From a virus: a stretch of 64,000 bases of DNA. This document shows, piece after piece, positions 47,742 through 57,890 of the stretch. The notes under the pieces are model-generated. The model made no database searches. It was given only the letters and a program-made list of their open reading frames with translations, and was not told the origin of the DNA. Both the position numbers and the translations under genes were made by a program. The first letter of the stretch is position 1; every line of letters begins with the position of its first letter. The stretch is from the IMG/VR virus record IMGVR_UViG_3300022074_000019, positions 13,924 through 77,923 of that record; one strand, written 5' to 3'.

Positions 47742-48259
47742 TACGCAACTCCATAACCAGTAGTGGGATCTGCATACTGTTCACGTGTGCCTGGAAGCAA
47801 TCCATACTGAGCAAGGATCTGTCGCTCAAGGTCTGCAGCAAATGCAGCTTGTTGTTCTGCACCCATGCGTTCAAAGGGTGTTAGGCCTTGCCCACCCATG
47901 ACTAGGTCCTTCCCTCGCATGATTTGATCTCCTACTGCCATGCCGGCAACATCACCCCCAAAAGATCCAGCGAAGTCTGCAATATTTTGAACTGTCATAT
48001 TGTTTCTCATTCCTGGCAATGCTCCAACAGCTCGGCCTGTAGCTAAACCACCAAGGCCGCCACCGATAGCACTAGCACCGCCTGCAATTAGTTTATCTCC
48101 AAGATCTCCAGGAGTTTGTGTAGCAGCAAGGACACCGAAGATAGCATCAGGTGCAAGACGTCCTGCAATTTGTTCTTTAGTCATTCCACCAAACAAAAGA
48201 TCTTTTGAGGTTCCCCCAAGTTTTTTAAGCAGCTCTCCTGCCATTCGTGCTTTCGACAT
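47741..48259 (-). CDS. Gly-rich protein (RMAG)
   Basis: Coupled ORF. Confidence 0.55.
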   Translation of the reverse strand: MSKARMAGELLKKLGGTSKDLLFGGMTKEQIAGRLAPDAIFGVLAATQTPGDLGDKLIAGGASAIGGGLGGLATGRAVGALPGMRNNMTVQNIADFAGSFGGDVAGMAVGDQIMRGKDLVMGGQGLTPFERMGAEQQAAFAADLERQILAQYGLLPGTREQYADPTTGYGVA

Positions 48260-48546
48260 TAGCCTGCCCCCATTTGAATTTTGGCTTGATTGAATTGCAT
48301 CCCTTGATTAGATTGTGCAAATTGTTGGTTCCATGTGTTTACCCTATTTGCAAGTACTGGATCTTGCATCAACTCCATTGCAAATGCTCCTCCAGGACCA
48401 GCCATTCGAATACCAGATGTTTTATCTAGATCTTGTGCAGGCTTAGAAAATGCAGCTCCGCCCTCAGTAGCAAAGTTACTTGGAGTTTCCTCAAGCTGCC
48501 TCTTGATAAGGTTCCCCTGCTTTACTTGTTCAGGATCAAAGCTCAT
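48259..48546 (-). CDS. Hypothetical protein (RMAG)
   Basis: Coupled ORF. Confidence 0.55.
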   Translation of the reverse strand: MSFDPEQVKQGNLIKRQLEETPSNFATEGGAAFSKPAQDLDKTSGIRMAGPGGAFAMELMQDPVLANRVNTWNQQFAQSNQGMQFNQAKIQMGAG

Positions 48547-50654
48547 CAGAATCTCCGGGGCATACGGCCAACATTGCTGGGATTAGCCATGGTGTATTGG
48601 CTAACAGTTCGCTCTTGTTCTTGACGCTTCTTGGCATCACGATTAGCACGCTCTTGAGTGAGTTGTGCTTTTACTACTTTACCGCGTAGATCTTGTTCAT
48701 CGACGGGCATGATGCGACCGCCAGACTTTTTGGCACGTTCGACTTGATTCAGACGTTCCTTCTCTCGCAGTGCTTTTTCAATCTCAACAGGATCGGTTTG
48801 ACGTGTTCTGTTGTAGCGAGTCTTGTAACCTGGGCCAGCATCTTGTTCAACACCTCGCTTACCGGTTTTTTTGTCAATTACTTCAACAGCACCGATGAAT
48901 GGCTGACGAGCACCGGGGCTGGTAAGACGTCGGAATGATGAGCCAATGTCTTTACCTTCCATCTGCTGACCAGGCTGAATTCTTGCAACAGGCGCTTGCC
49001 CATCACGGGGGTTAATAGCCTCTGGAGAATTGAAGAAAACTTTTGCACCACCTTCTGTGGTCAGAATGGTCTTGTCGGGGAACTCGCGGAACTGAGTGGG
49101 TTGCAACGAACCCATAGGTCCTGTCCGAGTGAAGTATTGCTGCTTGCCTTGCTGGTTGATGCCAGCATTTTTAGCAACTTCCATCTGGTACAAAGCGTTA
49201 GCTAGCTGTGCTTCTTCTGCAGGTGTGTAACGCATGCGGTTCAGTACACCGCGAACGTCTGGTTGGGCCTGACGCACACTCCTCAGTTTCCCAGTAGCAG
49301 GATCCATTTCTTTCGTGGAGAACTTGCCACCCCGAGCAACCATCATGTCGGTCACACGCTGCAGTTCGTCAACGCTACGGATGTTGGTAGAAATGTTGTT
49401 GAAACCTTCTTGTCCCTTCAGGCGGTTAGCAAACAAAGTAGTGGTTCCGGTCACGTCCACCTGGGGGTAGTCACCAAAACTACGTCCACCTTCTCGGTAG
49501 CCCGGTTGCTTTTGCACCATGAACGCACGTGATGTCATGGGTGCATTTAGAGCTGAACCTGCGTCAGTGTTTGGTGTCACATACTCAGGCCCTTGAACTG
49601 CCAAGGTATTGCCTGTTTGCGGATCCAGAGCTACTCCATCATTCCGGAATAGTGCTGATGGGTAGGTAATGTTTGCACCTGTGCGGCGAATCGCGTCTAG
49701 AGCTTCGTCTGCAGCCACCGCAGGGAGCTGTGCTCCTGGGAAAACTGAAGATGGGCGGTACATAGTCTCGCCAATGTCTTCAGCTTCAATGGAAGCCATG
49801 ATGTTGTTGTATGCGGCCCGTCGTCCAGACATGCCAGCTAAGTCGCGCTCATTTAACCGACGCGCAGCGTCGGCCTGAATCGCTTTTTCTGCAGCAGGAT
49901 TGAGCTGATCCTCTAGCCGGGTCTGAGCATCTTCGAAACCAGCGGGGTTGCCACTTCCACCAAACACTTGTGCGATGGCACCCTGAAGACCTTTCTGCTC
50001 TTGGGCAGATGCATTCAATTCGTTTAGGGCATCTTGCATCACAGACTTTGGTGCAATGGTGGGACGCTCAGCCCCTTCACCCATCTCACCTAGCTCAGCG
50101 ACCATGCGGTCGTATTCATTGGGGTCATACCCAGTCTTTAGGACGACCTGACCTCTCTTGTCATAAGTCCGTTTTCCATAAGGGTTGCGCTGGTCGGGCT
50201 CGGAGCGATCCTCAAACTCTTCCATCTGCTCACGCAGTTTTGCTGTTTCCTGAGCGCCGTATTGCGTATCACCTTCTTTGTAATCGTAGTACTGCCCCTG
50301 ATCTTGACCAAACGGATCCACTTCAGGCAGGTCCATGAGGCTTACCCCCCGGATCTCAGCACTCTGACTGACATCAGCAAGACTGTTGGCTGCCTGAACC
50401 ATCTGACGCTCTGCATCTTCCATAGAGAAGGCGTCGTCTTGGCGTCGTTGACGGCGAACCATCTTTGACATCTGAGCAAGAGTTTCTTCCTCACTCATTC
50501 CCAATGTGCGCCCAGCAGCAAAAGCTTCTGCGCTAGCAATCAACTTATCGTTGCTATCGTTGGCATGCTGTCTAAAGTTATTACTTGCAGACTGATTACC
50601 AATTGCAGTGATTACACGATTGTGAAGCTGCTGTCTATCTTCTAGAGATGCCAC
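48546..50654 (-). CDS. Large putative internal virion protein
   Basis: 702-aa ORF, TACAAT -10. Confidence 0.6.
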   Translation of the reverse strand: MASLEDRQQLHNRVITAIGNQSASNNFRQHANDSNDKLIASAEAFAAGRTLGMSEEETLAQMSKMVRRQRRQDDAFSMEDAERQMVQAANSLADVSQSAEIRGVSLMDLPEVDPFGQDQGQYYDYKEGDTQYGAQETAKLREQMEEFEDRSEPDQRNPYGKRTYDKRGQVVLKTGYDPNEYDRMVAELGEMGEGAERPTIAPKSVMQDALNELNASAQEQKGLQGAIAQVFGGSGNPAGFEDAQTRLEDQLNPAAEKAIQADAARRLNERDLAGMSGRRAAYNNIMASIEAEDIGETMYRPSSVFPGAQLPAVAADEALDAIRRTGANITYPSALFRNDGVALDPQTGNTLAVQGPEYVTPNTDAGSALNAPMTSRAFMVQKQPGYREGGRSFGDYPQVDVTGTTTLFANRLKGQEGFNNISTNIRSVDELQRVTDMMVARGGKFSTKEMDPATGKLRSVRQAQPDVRGVLNRMRYTPAEEAQLANALYQMEVAKNAGINQQGKQQYFTRTGPMGSLQPTQFREFPDKTILTTEGGAKVFFNSPEAINPRDGQAPVARIQPGQQMEGKDIGSSFRRLTSPGARQPFIGAVEVIDKKTGKRGVEQDAGPGYKTRYNRTRQTDPVEIEKALREKERLNQVERAKKSGGRIMPVDEQDLRGKVVKAQLTQERANRDAKKRQEQERTVSQYTMANPSNVGRMPRRF

Positions 50655-50697
50655 TATCTTGATCTAGTAAACCTAGATCTATTGTAGAAAGTTTTAA

Positions 50698-52194
50698 TTA
50701 CTTTCTTTTTCCAATTATGCCAAGCTCAAATATTTTTGGATCTAGGCCCATATCTGGGGTATCTTCACTATAGTTCTGTAGCATGTTTGGGTAAATTGGT
50801 GACTGATAAGCCTCGTTTAGTTGTGACAAATCTTTTGTAGCTGGCTTGGGTTCAATGCTGCTTGGTGATTGTGCGTCAGCAGGCTTAGCAGGAGTGGTCA
50901 AGTATTGGCTCAGGAATTCTTGACCAAATTCCGTCTGATTACGCATATCGCCACGGATTTTGTCATACCCCTCCTGGCTGATTTCGTTGTAATTACCTTC
51001 AGAGTCCTTAATTGCGATTTTGCCGTCTTTGCGGAGGATGTTTTGAGCAGCGTTAGTTCGTTGCATCAATTCGAGTGGGCCAGCTCCCATCGGGGCATCA
51101 AGGAATGCACGGCCTCGTGCGGAGATTCCAGTACCTTTTTCAGTTTTTGGAGCTGCTGGTTGTCCATAGGTGGGATTCTGTGCAAGGAATTTCTCTCTTT
51201 GCCTCGCTCCGCGAGGGAGGGCGCGATTTTTCGTCTGATCCACTTCAAGAGCACGAGTTTGATCGCTCGCATCAGGCAGTGGGCTTGCACCAGACTGAGG
51301 ATCCAATCCATAGGTTCCAGGACGATAGTTTTCAGCCATTCCAGTACCAAGGCCTTTGAGCTCAGGCGTCGTCATATCTCCTTGACGCAATTTGCCGCCA
51401 TAGAGCTTGTCAAATTCAATACCATCCTGTTGAAATACTTTTGTAGATGTAATTGGCTCAGATCCAGCAGGAAGGTTGACCGATTCGAATCCTGATGTCT
51501 GTTTTTTGGTATTTGCCAATTCAATTCCTTTATTTGCAAGGAATACTTCATACTGAGCCCAGTTCATGGGCATATTTCCAGTATTTGGGCTCGTTACTGT
51601 TCGATCCAACTGCTGACTGCCGAATCCAGCACCAGATCGATAATCCTCGGCAGTTCTGCCTGCTCTCTGCTCAGTATCTTTGTAATCATCCGGCAGTTGA
51701 CCAGACATCCCAGGCAAAGTGACACTTTCGTCGTATGCAGCAAGATTTGTGTTCACACTAGGTGGAAGTTGTCCATATACAGGTTTTTCTTGTTCATTCA
51801 GTGGATTAAAAGCTGCCCTACCTGATCCTCTACCCGAACCTGCGGTATTAATATCTAAATTATCTTTCATGTATTGACCAATACCAGCACCAATTGCCAA
51901 TCCTGTTGTGAGAGTGCCTAAGCTGCCAGTAATACCTGGTGTCTTCGGCATTAATCCTCTGAGATTTTTTACATTCTTTCCTTTTTGCAGTTCTCGTGAA
52001 ATTCTTTGTGCTTCACGCATGTCATAATTAGTCTGCTGCTGAGGTGTGCGTGCACTTGGTGCAACTGGCTTCCCACCACTTAGTTTATTCCGCAGAAAAT
52101 CTTGTGATCTTTGGAAAATATTGCGATCAGGGTTGTTTTGACGTGCAATTTCTGCATCAAACTGTGCTTGCTCCAGAACACTTTTTGGAAACAT
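50698..52194 (-). CDS. Large putative internal virion protein
   Basis: 498-aa ORF, TAGAAT -10. Confidence 0.6.
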   Translation of the reverse strand: MFPKSVLEQAQFDAEIARQNNPDRNIFQRSQDFLRNKLSGGKPVAPSARTPQQQTNYDMREAQRISRELQKGKNVKNLRGLMPKTPGITGSLGTLTTGLAIGAGIGQYMKDNLDINTAGSGRGSGRAAFNPLNEQEKPVYGQLPPSVNTNLAAYDESVTLPGMSGQLPDDYKDTEQRAGRTAEDYRSGAGFGSQQLDRTVTSPNTGNMPMNWAQYEVFLANKGIELANTKKQTSGFESVNLPAGSEPITSTKVFQQDGIEFDKLYGGKLRQGDMTTPELKGLGTGMAENYRPGTYGLDPQSGASPLPDASDQTRALEVDQTKNRALPRGARQREKFLAQNPTYGQPAAPKTEKGTGISARGRAFLDAPMGAGPLELMQRTNAAQNILRKDGKIAIKDSEGNYNEISQEGYDKIRGDMRNQTEFGQEFLSQYLTTPAKPADAQSPSSIEPKPATKDLSQLNEAYQSPIYPNMLQNYSEDTPDMGLDPKIFELGIIGKRK

Positions 52195-52231
52195 TTTAAA
52201 TTGCTCGTATATTCTTTGTTTATTCTACAAA

Positions 52232-52534
52232 TTACGCGGATTTATCACCTTTCATTGCGTCACCAGCCATACGCATTTTCTTTGGCGCCGATTTTTTGGG
52301 CGATTTCTCCATATCAAGCGGTTTTTCACCTTCAATTCGCTCAATTGGCATGATTGATAGCTCATCTTCTCCACCGCCGTAACCGATTCCGATTAATGGT
52401 GAGCCTGGCAGGCACTTTTTAATCACCGGGTTGTAGGTATGACCAGGAGGGCAACCCGCTGCTCTAGCCAAAAGCTCTTCTTCCTCCATCATTTTGCGGA
52501 GTGTTGTTTTTCCAAACGGTGGAGGTACGCGCAT
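52232..52534 (-). CDS. Hypothetical protein (CPPG..C motif, RMAG)
   Basis: ATG MRVPPP downstream of a TACAAT -10. Confidence 0.5.
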   Translation of the reverse strand: MRVPPPFGKTTLRKMMEEEELLARAAGCPPGHTYNPVIKKCLPGSPLIGIGYGGGEDELSIMPIERIEGEKPLDMEKSPKKSAPKKMRMAGDAMKGDKSA

Positions 52535-52570
52535 TTTCTTGATATCCTTTCTTTCATTGTAGATACTACG

Positions 52571-52690
52571 AAACCACACTTGCCACACTATTTCTCTAAC
52601 CCTTGAAAATAAATATTAGTTAGAGAGGAAGAGAGAATAAAAAATAGGGTATATATAAACCTACGGTGGTTTTGCGTGGTTTCTGTGGTT
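52571..52690 (+). repeat. Iteron/AT-rich element copy B
   Basis: CCAC 52574, 52583; GTGG 52666, 52676, 52685. Confidence 0.65.
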
Positions 52691-52925
52691 TCACCTTTGA
52701 CTCCAAACAGTGGCCAAAAGCAAGCACGGGCAGAGATCTTACTTAGGGCGCAACGCAGCCATAATTAGTATTCCCACACAAACACACGTTCTAAATACAC
52801 AAGCACGGAAAAAAGACCCCTATAGGAGGTCAAAAGTGCTACAAAATTTTTGACACGTCTAATATACTACTTACCCCTCCGGTCACCCAAACAAAAAAAA
52901 TAGTAGTTAACGCAAGTTAAATCAG

Positions 52926-53248
52926 TTGCCTGCTTCGATTAACAGTTGCTTAAACTATTGTGTTCACTCACGTTTTACTTACGTAAACGTTCGTTCACTT
53001 TTGTTTTCTAACTCGTGTTTCACACGAGATTCACGCGAGTAAACTCAAGTTCATTCTACTTTAGTTAATTACTTTCGCAATAACTATTGTTTATTGAGAA
53101 TGAACTTTCGTTTCGTCTCGCGCTTATCAAATGCAATCGCTAGTTTCACTGAAGTTATTACCTTCGTTGAAACATCTGCGTAAACATTTGTATCCTTACT
53201 ATCAAGTTACTTGTCTACGTTGTTGAAAGAGGCAGGCAAATGCCTGCT
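52926..53248. other. Structured non-coding region (candidate ncRNA/leader or genome-end element)
   Basis: Nested helices, no long ORF, no GG dinucleotide in 52883-53230. Confidence 0.45.
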
Positions 53249-53277
53249 ATTGGTTCTGTGATCTTTGAAATTAAACC

Positions 53278-53484
53278 ATGGTCTACTGCGTTTACCATTG
53301 GAATACAACATCTGCATGCTGGGTTCCATCTGGCTACCTTACGGATGCATGTTACAAACAGATGCTGGCTCATAAGTATCACACTACTGGTAGTGCTGAG
53401 TTTATGATTGTCCATTGCTCTAAACAGCTTAATGCTAAACAGCGGAAGATCCGTGGTTGTCCTAATGCTGTCTTGAGTGTGTGA
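53278..53484 (+). CDS. Early hypothetical protein (W-x6-W family)
   Basis: HWNTTSACW. Confidence 0.5.
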   Translation: MVYCVYHWNTTSACWVPSGYLTDACYKQMLAHKYHTTGSAEFMIVHCSKQLNAKQRKIRGCPNAVLSV

Positions 53485-53697
53485 GTTACCTGGGTTGGTT
53501 CACTCCAACCTTTAACACCCGACGAATGTCGGGTCTTTCATCTGTGTAATTAGAACTGGTCACTATGTTCACTGAAACTATCGCATTGATTTGCTGCTTC
53601 GCTATTGGCTGTGCAGCTGGTATCTACTTTGATGATTGACACTTACACATGCCGGCTAACGCCGGCTGTATGTCTTGTGTCTTTAGTTATTACATTC

Positions 53698-53865
53698 ATG
53701 AACACTTTCACTCTCCAATACTGGAACGAACGTGACATGCAATGGAAAGGTTGCGGTGTTTCATCTACTGACCTCGCCATTGTTCAGTTGCGTATGAGCG
53801 GCTTCAAGAAGCAGTGCAACAACTGTGTTCGTTTCCGTATTGAACGTGAACTCATTGCCGGCTAA
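53698..53865 (+). CDS. Early hypothetical protein (W-x6-W family)
   Basis: ATG 31 nt after a hairpin; stop TAA supplied by the next hairpin loop. Confidence 0.6.
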   Translation: MNTFTLQYWNERDMQWKGCGVSSTDLAIVQLRMSGFKKQCNNCVRFRIERELIAG

Positions 53866-53903
53866 CGCCGGCTCTTTCTTTTATTACTCATTTGATATTT
53901 CTC

Positions 53904-54029
53904 ATGCTTCGTTTCATTGGTATCTGTGCTCTGTATACCGTTGGTAGCATCCTCGTCCTTGGCGCCGCTGCTAACTACGCAGACAACATTCTTAAGCCAG
54001 CACTTGAGCGTCCTGCTCAGATCCGTTGA
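53904..54029 (+). CDS. Small membrane peptide
   Basis: MLRFIGICALYTVGSILVLGAAA...; between hairpins. Confidence 0.5.
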   Translation: MLRFIGICALYTVGSILVLGAAANYADNILKPALERPAQIR

Positions 54030-54083
54030 CATATGCCGGCTAACGCCGGCTTTTGTCTTTTATGTAATTCATATTCATTCATT

Positions 54084-54269
54084 ATGTTTATCGCTGGTAT
54101 GTGTCGTATCTGGAGTAAGAAGCAAGGTGGCTACTGGGTCACCATGCCTTACGCCGCACGCGGTTACTCCGACTGTGAGCGTTTGGTTGAGGACTACGAA
54201 GATCGCTTCGGATCTCTCTATCAATACGCAATCACTGCTGATCACGACCTCTGTCGTCCATGTGTTTGA
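54084..54269 (+). CDS. Early hypothetical protein
   Basis: Between hairpins. Confidence 0.6.
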   Translation: MFIAGMCRIWSKKQGGYWVTMPYAARGYSDCERLVEDYEDRFGSLYQYAITADHDLCRPCV

Positions 54270-54323
54270 ACCTTATGCCGGCTAACGCCGGCTTTGGTTC
54301 TTTGTGTTCATTACATACCTCGT

Positions 54324-54467
54324 ATGTCTAACTTCACTTACGTTCCATCCGTAACAACGGACGTTGAACTCCAAGCTTGGATTGAAGAACAAGTTGCTCG
54401 TGTGCATCACCACAATGAGCAGTGGCTTCAAGACCAAGATGAAGAGTACACCGAGTCCCTCCTGTGA
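54324..54467 (+). CDS. Small acidic protein
   Basis: 31 nt after a hairpin. Confidence 0.5.
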   Translation: MSNFTYVPSVTTDVELQAWIEEQVARVHHHNEQWLQDQDEEYTESLL

Positions 54468-54568
54468 CTACGGTTTTCATCGTTGCTCTTGTTTTCTGGT
54501 GGATCTGGAAGATCACCGACTGACCGGGTAACCCCCGGTCTTTTTTCTGTTGAACTTATATCTGTGAT

Positions 54569-54748
54569 ATGCATATCAACTCCTGGTGTGTCTATGACGC
54601 CAAGACTGACGAAGTCATCGGCGTATGGGACACCTACAACCAAGCAGAGACTTACTTCGATGATCATGTTGATCTATTCGAAGGATATCTGCAGTTGTTT
54701 CCTTGGGCTGAGTATACCTTCGATCAGCCTTCCCTCTCTATCTCCTGA
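54569..54748 (+). CDS. Small acidic protein
   Basis: Between hairpins. Confidence 0.55.
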   Translation: MHINSWCVYDAKTDEVIGVWDTYNQAETYFDDHVDLFEGYLQLFPWAEYTFDQPSLSIS

Positions 54749-54808
54749 GAGTTATCGCCGGTTAACACCGGCTCTTTTTTTTTATGTCATTCGTTTCTAC
54801 TCATTCTT

Positions 54809-55099
54809 ATGCAAGTCCTTGCAACTCTTTACAAGCGCACGAAAGATGGCAATCTTTCCGCTTGGAACTTCTGTGTTGTTGAAGAGACGCAGCAATGCTT
54901 CGCCATAGGCGGTGGTGACCTGAAAGTCATTTCAGCCTTGGATAAGAAGCATCTGCGGAACATCTATCAGTCCTTTATCCGCTATGGATACAAGGCTGAA
55001 GTTCCTGCTAAGAAGATGCTTATCTCTGATCCTTGGGAGTCTCAACTCCCTTTGCAGGAGCAGCTTCTCCTTGACAGTCTTGCCTCAGAGCTTGTTTGA
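54809..55099 (+). CDS. Hypothetical protein
   Basis: Between hairpins. Confidence 0.6.
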   Translation: MQVLATLYKRTKDGNLSAWNFCVVEETQQCFAIGGGDLKVISALDKKHLRNIYQSFIRYGYKAEVPAKKMLISDPWESQLPLQEQLLLDSLASELV

Positions 55100-55172
55100 A
55101 GACCTTCCCGGCTAACGCCGGGTGGGTTTTTCCTTGCCCTATAGGGCATGTTCATTTATGTAATAGCTTCAC

Positions 55173-55403
55173 ATGAAACTTTCGTTCCCTGGTGCGTCCA
55201 TGTCTATGCGTCTCTTCGAGCGCGTCGATACCCTGGACGAACAGTATGACATCTTCGATGTTGGCGTTGAACAAGCTGATGGCTCCATCGACAGTATTGC
55301 CGTTGGTGGTTCCTTCAGCTACGCCAAGTCTCTCCTTGGCAAGGCCAATGAGGCTGTCGATAACAAGATCGCCAAGGTTGCAAAGGCTGCAACTGAGGTC
55401 TGA
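55173..55403 (+). CDS. Hypothetical protein, strong codon bias
   Basis: Between hairpins. Confidence 0.6.
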   Translation: MKLSFPGASMSMRLFERVDTLDEQYDIFDVGVEQADGSIDSIAVGGSFSYAKSLLGKANEAVDNKIAKVAKAATEV

Positions 55404-55439
55404 TCCAGTAGGCCCTGCTAACGCAGGGTCCTTTTTTAC

Positions 55440-55748
55440 TTATTGCAGATCAATTGTTCCACTCGACTGTTGATCCATCATCATCTGCGTCAGGTCGTAT
55501 AGACCTTTGCCTGCCAGCGTGACGCCCCCTGCCGGTAGCGCGTACCTCGCCGCTGCGTTTACGCCCAACATCCCGTATGCGGCTGCCTTCTCCGCTGCTG
55601 TGCCGGACGGTGCATACGTGATTGGGAATCCGGACGTCATCTGAACGAGGGGGTGTGCTCCCTTTGAAACCTTGGCTGCATATGCGTCATCGAACTCACG
55701 CAGAGATGCTCCAGCTTTCCTCAGTTTGTCCTTAACTTTACCAAGCAT
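55440..55748 (-). CDS. Late-type protein (RKAG) inverted in the early region
   Basis: TAGAAT -10 upstream on the minus strand. Confidence 0.55.
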   Translation of the reverse strand: MLGKVKDKLRKAGASLREFDDAYAAKVSKGAHPLVQMTSGFPITYAPSGTAAEKAAAYGMLGVNAAARYALPAGGVTLAGKGLYDLTQMMMDQQSSGTIDLQ

Positions 55749-55979
55749 TTCCCATAATCCAGTCCGTCCATACCATTCTATCTGTATGGCTGCGGGGGAA
55801 TTGCGGGGGAGTTGGCAAATCTATTGCCCACTACGTGGGGGCGCCGAGTTTTTAGCGGAAACTAATGTTCAGCTGAATACATAACTATCAAATAAGGAAT
55901 AGAATTTATATATAAAAGTCTCTAAATGAGCAGGACCGGCTAACTCCGGTTCCTCCTGTTAATACACTCGAAATGATAA

Positions 55980-56510
55980 ATGTCTATCACAAAGATAGTT
56001 GTGGCTGCCGTTGCAGTAGCAGTCGGTTGCTTAGAACATGCACAAGCCACACCCCCATCTTTTGAACATCATGTTCAACTTATGGATGCCGTTAAGTCTA
56101 CAGGTATAGCACTCGATATTAATCCTTTTGAGTGCACAGATGGTGTCGAAGGGTTTTACACGCCAACCAGCAAACGTCTTGCGATCTGTCAAGACAACGC
56201 TACTCAACAAGGTGAAGAAGTTTCGTGGACGCTAGACGATTTCGATACTCTGCGACACGAAGCTCACCATCTTGTCCAAGGCTGCATGGTTGGAGAAAAC
56301 TTCGATAACAAGCTTGGATTCGTTTACCGCGATCCAAAGACACTTGTTCTAAATAATCTAGGATATAAACAAGCAATGTCCGTTATTCGCCTGTATCAAC
56401 GAGCAGGCTTTAGCGGAGTAATCATTGGCTTGGAACTAGAAGCCGCAGCTGTTGCTGCAATGAATAACCCTTTGGAACAAGTTCAAGATATCAATCGCTT
56501 CTGCTTTTGA
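55980..56510 (+). CDS. Exported HExxH metallopeptidase-like protein
   Basis: Signal-peptide-like N-terminus; LRHEAHH...ELEA. Confidence 0.65.
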   Translation: MSITKIVVAAVAVAVGCLEHAQATPPSFEHHVQLMDAVKSTGIALDINPFECTDGVEGFYTPTSKRLAICQDNATQQGEEVSWTLDDFDTLRHEAHHLVQGCMVGENFDNKLGFVYRDPKTLVLNNLGYKQAMSVIRLYQRAGFSGVIIGLELEAAAVAAMNNPLEQVQDINRFCF

Positions 56511-56560
56511 ACCACTCACCGGCTAACGCCGGTTTCTTTTGTTCTACGTGCAATTTAATC

Positions 56561-56725
56561 ATGACACCTTATTCCGATTATCAAGAGCTTGACGCTGGCC
56601 CTGATGCCACTCTTCAAGCGCTCTTTATCAAGGACCTTCAGTCAATTCAAGCAAAGGCAACCTACTGGGATGTCTATTGCGCAGTTGAACCGTCTGCTCC
56701 TGAATGCAAGGTTCACGATAACTGA
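56561..56725 (+). CDS. CP12-like peptide (C-terminal motif only)
   Basis: YCAVEPSAPECKVHDN matches the CP12 CxxxPxxxEC tail. Confidence 0.55.
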   Translation: MTPYSDYQELDAGPDATLQALFIKDLQSIQAKATYWDVYCAVEPSAPECKVHDN

Positions 56726-57452
56726 TCCCTTTATTCACTAAAACCATGTCTAGATCTGAGCAACGTTTTAAGTCTGTCTGCAATGAGATTCGTCTGTATC
56801 GCAATATGGGCGATCGAGAAGCTCTTGCTAATGCCACTATTGAATGGCGGCAGTTACACGATTCACTTGGTGAAGATCGTGCCAGTCAACTTATACGTGA
56901 GATGAATGCAAATTCCTAATTACCTTCATCACTCGAAGAAAGAGGCTAAGCGTAAGCTCAAGCCTCAAGCTATGCGGCAGCGTAAAGCCGCGTTGAAAGC
57001 TCTCAAACGTAAACTTACTCAAGCTAAATGATCATCTGGAATTCACAAGACCTCGTCCTTGCTGTTATCGGTAGTGTGGGTATCCTCACTACTGGTGTAG
57101 TTGCACTATACGGATTCCGTAGAAACCGTAATGGCTGCGGACGTTATCAATAAGCTCAATGTTTATCTTATGAATGTTGATCTAATTTGACTATGCTTAC
57201 ATCTCTATTCCCGTATTTCGCTCCTACCTATATCGTTATTCCTGAATCTCGATATACCAAGTATCAATTGGAGGAGCTTGAGAACAGGCTATCTATTGTC
57301 GATGCCCAGCTCGACACTCTTTCAGATACTAAGAAAGAACTCGATACGCTCAAGTCTGAGCTTGTCGATAAAATTAAAGAACTAAAGCAAACTGAATAAA
57401 CCAGTGCCGGTAAATACCGGCTCTTTTTTTCAATGTAAATCGAGGATAAAAT

Positions 57453-57575
57453 CATGGCTCGTTCACTTTCTGGTCACACCTTTGTTAAAGGCACTCCCAA
57501 GAAAACTCGCCAAGGGCAAGGAACGCATTCCAAGCCCAAGCACAACAAGAAGAAGATGCGTGGTCAAGGCAAATG
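57453..57575 (+). CDS. Small basic peptide
   Basis: PKKTRQGQG...RGQGK; between hairpins. Confidence 0.55.
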
Positions 57576-57629
57576 ATCTCCTGCCGGTTAACACCGGCTT
57601 TTCTTTTGCTTGTCTTTTTACGCAATTAT

Positions 57630-57836
57630 ATGAGCGTCGATTTCAAAATCATCAGCAACACTGCTGTCGCTGGTATCTCCCTCGTCATGCCCATGACTGA
57701 GGAGGCTTACCACTACATCGAAGATGAGTGCGACATGACCGTCCTTAACGCCGGTTGTGCACCTATCGACAGCGAGTTTGTAGGTGACTTCATCTCTGAT
57801 GCAGGTTGGTCCAAGTTCTCTGCAGAACTTGTCTGA
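57630..57836 (+). CDS. Hypothetical protein
   Basis: Between hairpins. Confidence 0.55.
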   Translation: MSVDFKIISNTAVAGISLVMPMTEEAYHYIEDECDMTVLNAGCAPIDSEFVGDFISDAGWSKFSAELV

Positions 57837-57890
57837 TCTAACTCAGCCGGCTAACGCCGGTTGAATTCTTTCGTAAGTTTTACGAATTAT

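Noticed and set aside
48546-52194. Virion RNA polymerase
   Set aside because: No polymerase catalytic motifs recognised, and the proteins are low-complexity and too small.
55935-55948. 16S rRNA-like ACCGGCTAACTCCG
   Set aside because: A 14-nt coincidence; a variant of the hairpin repeat with no flanking rRNA similarity.
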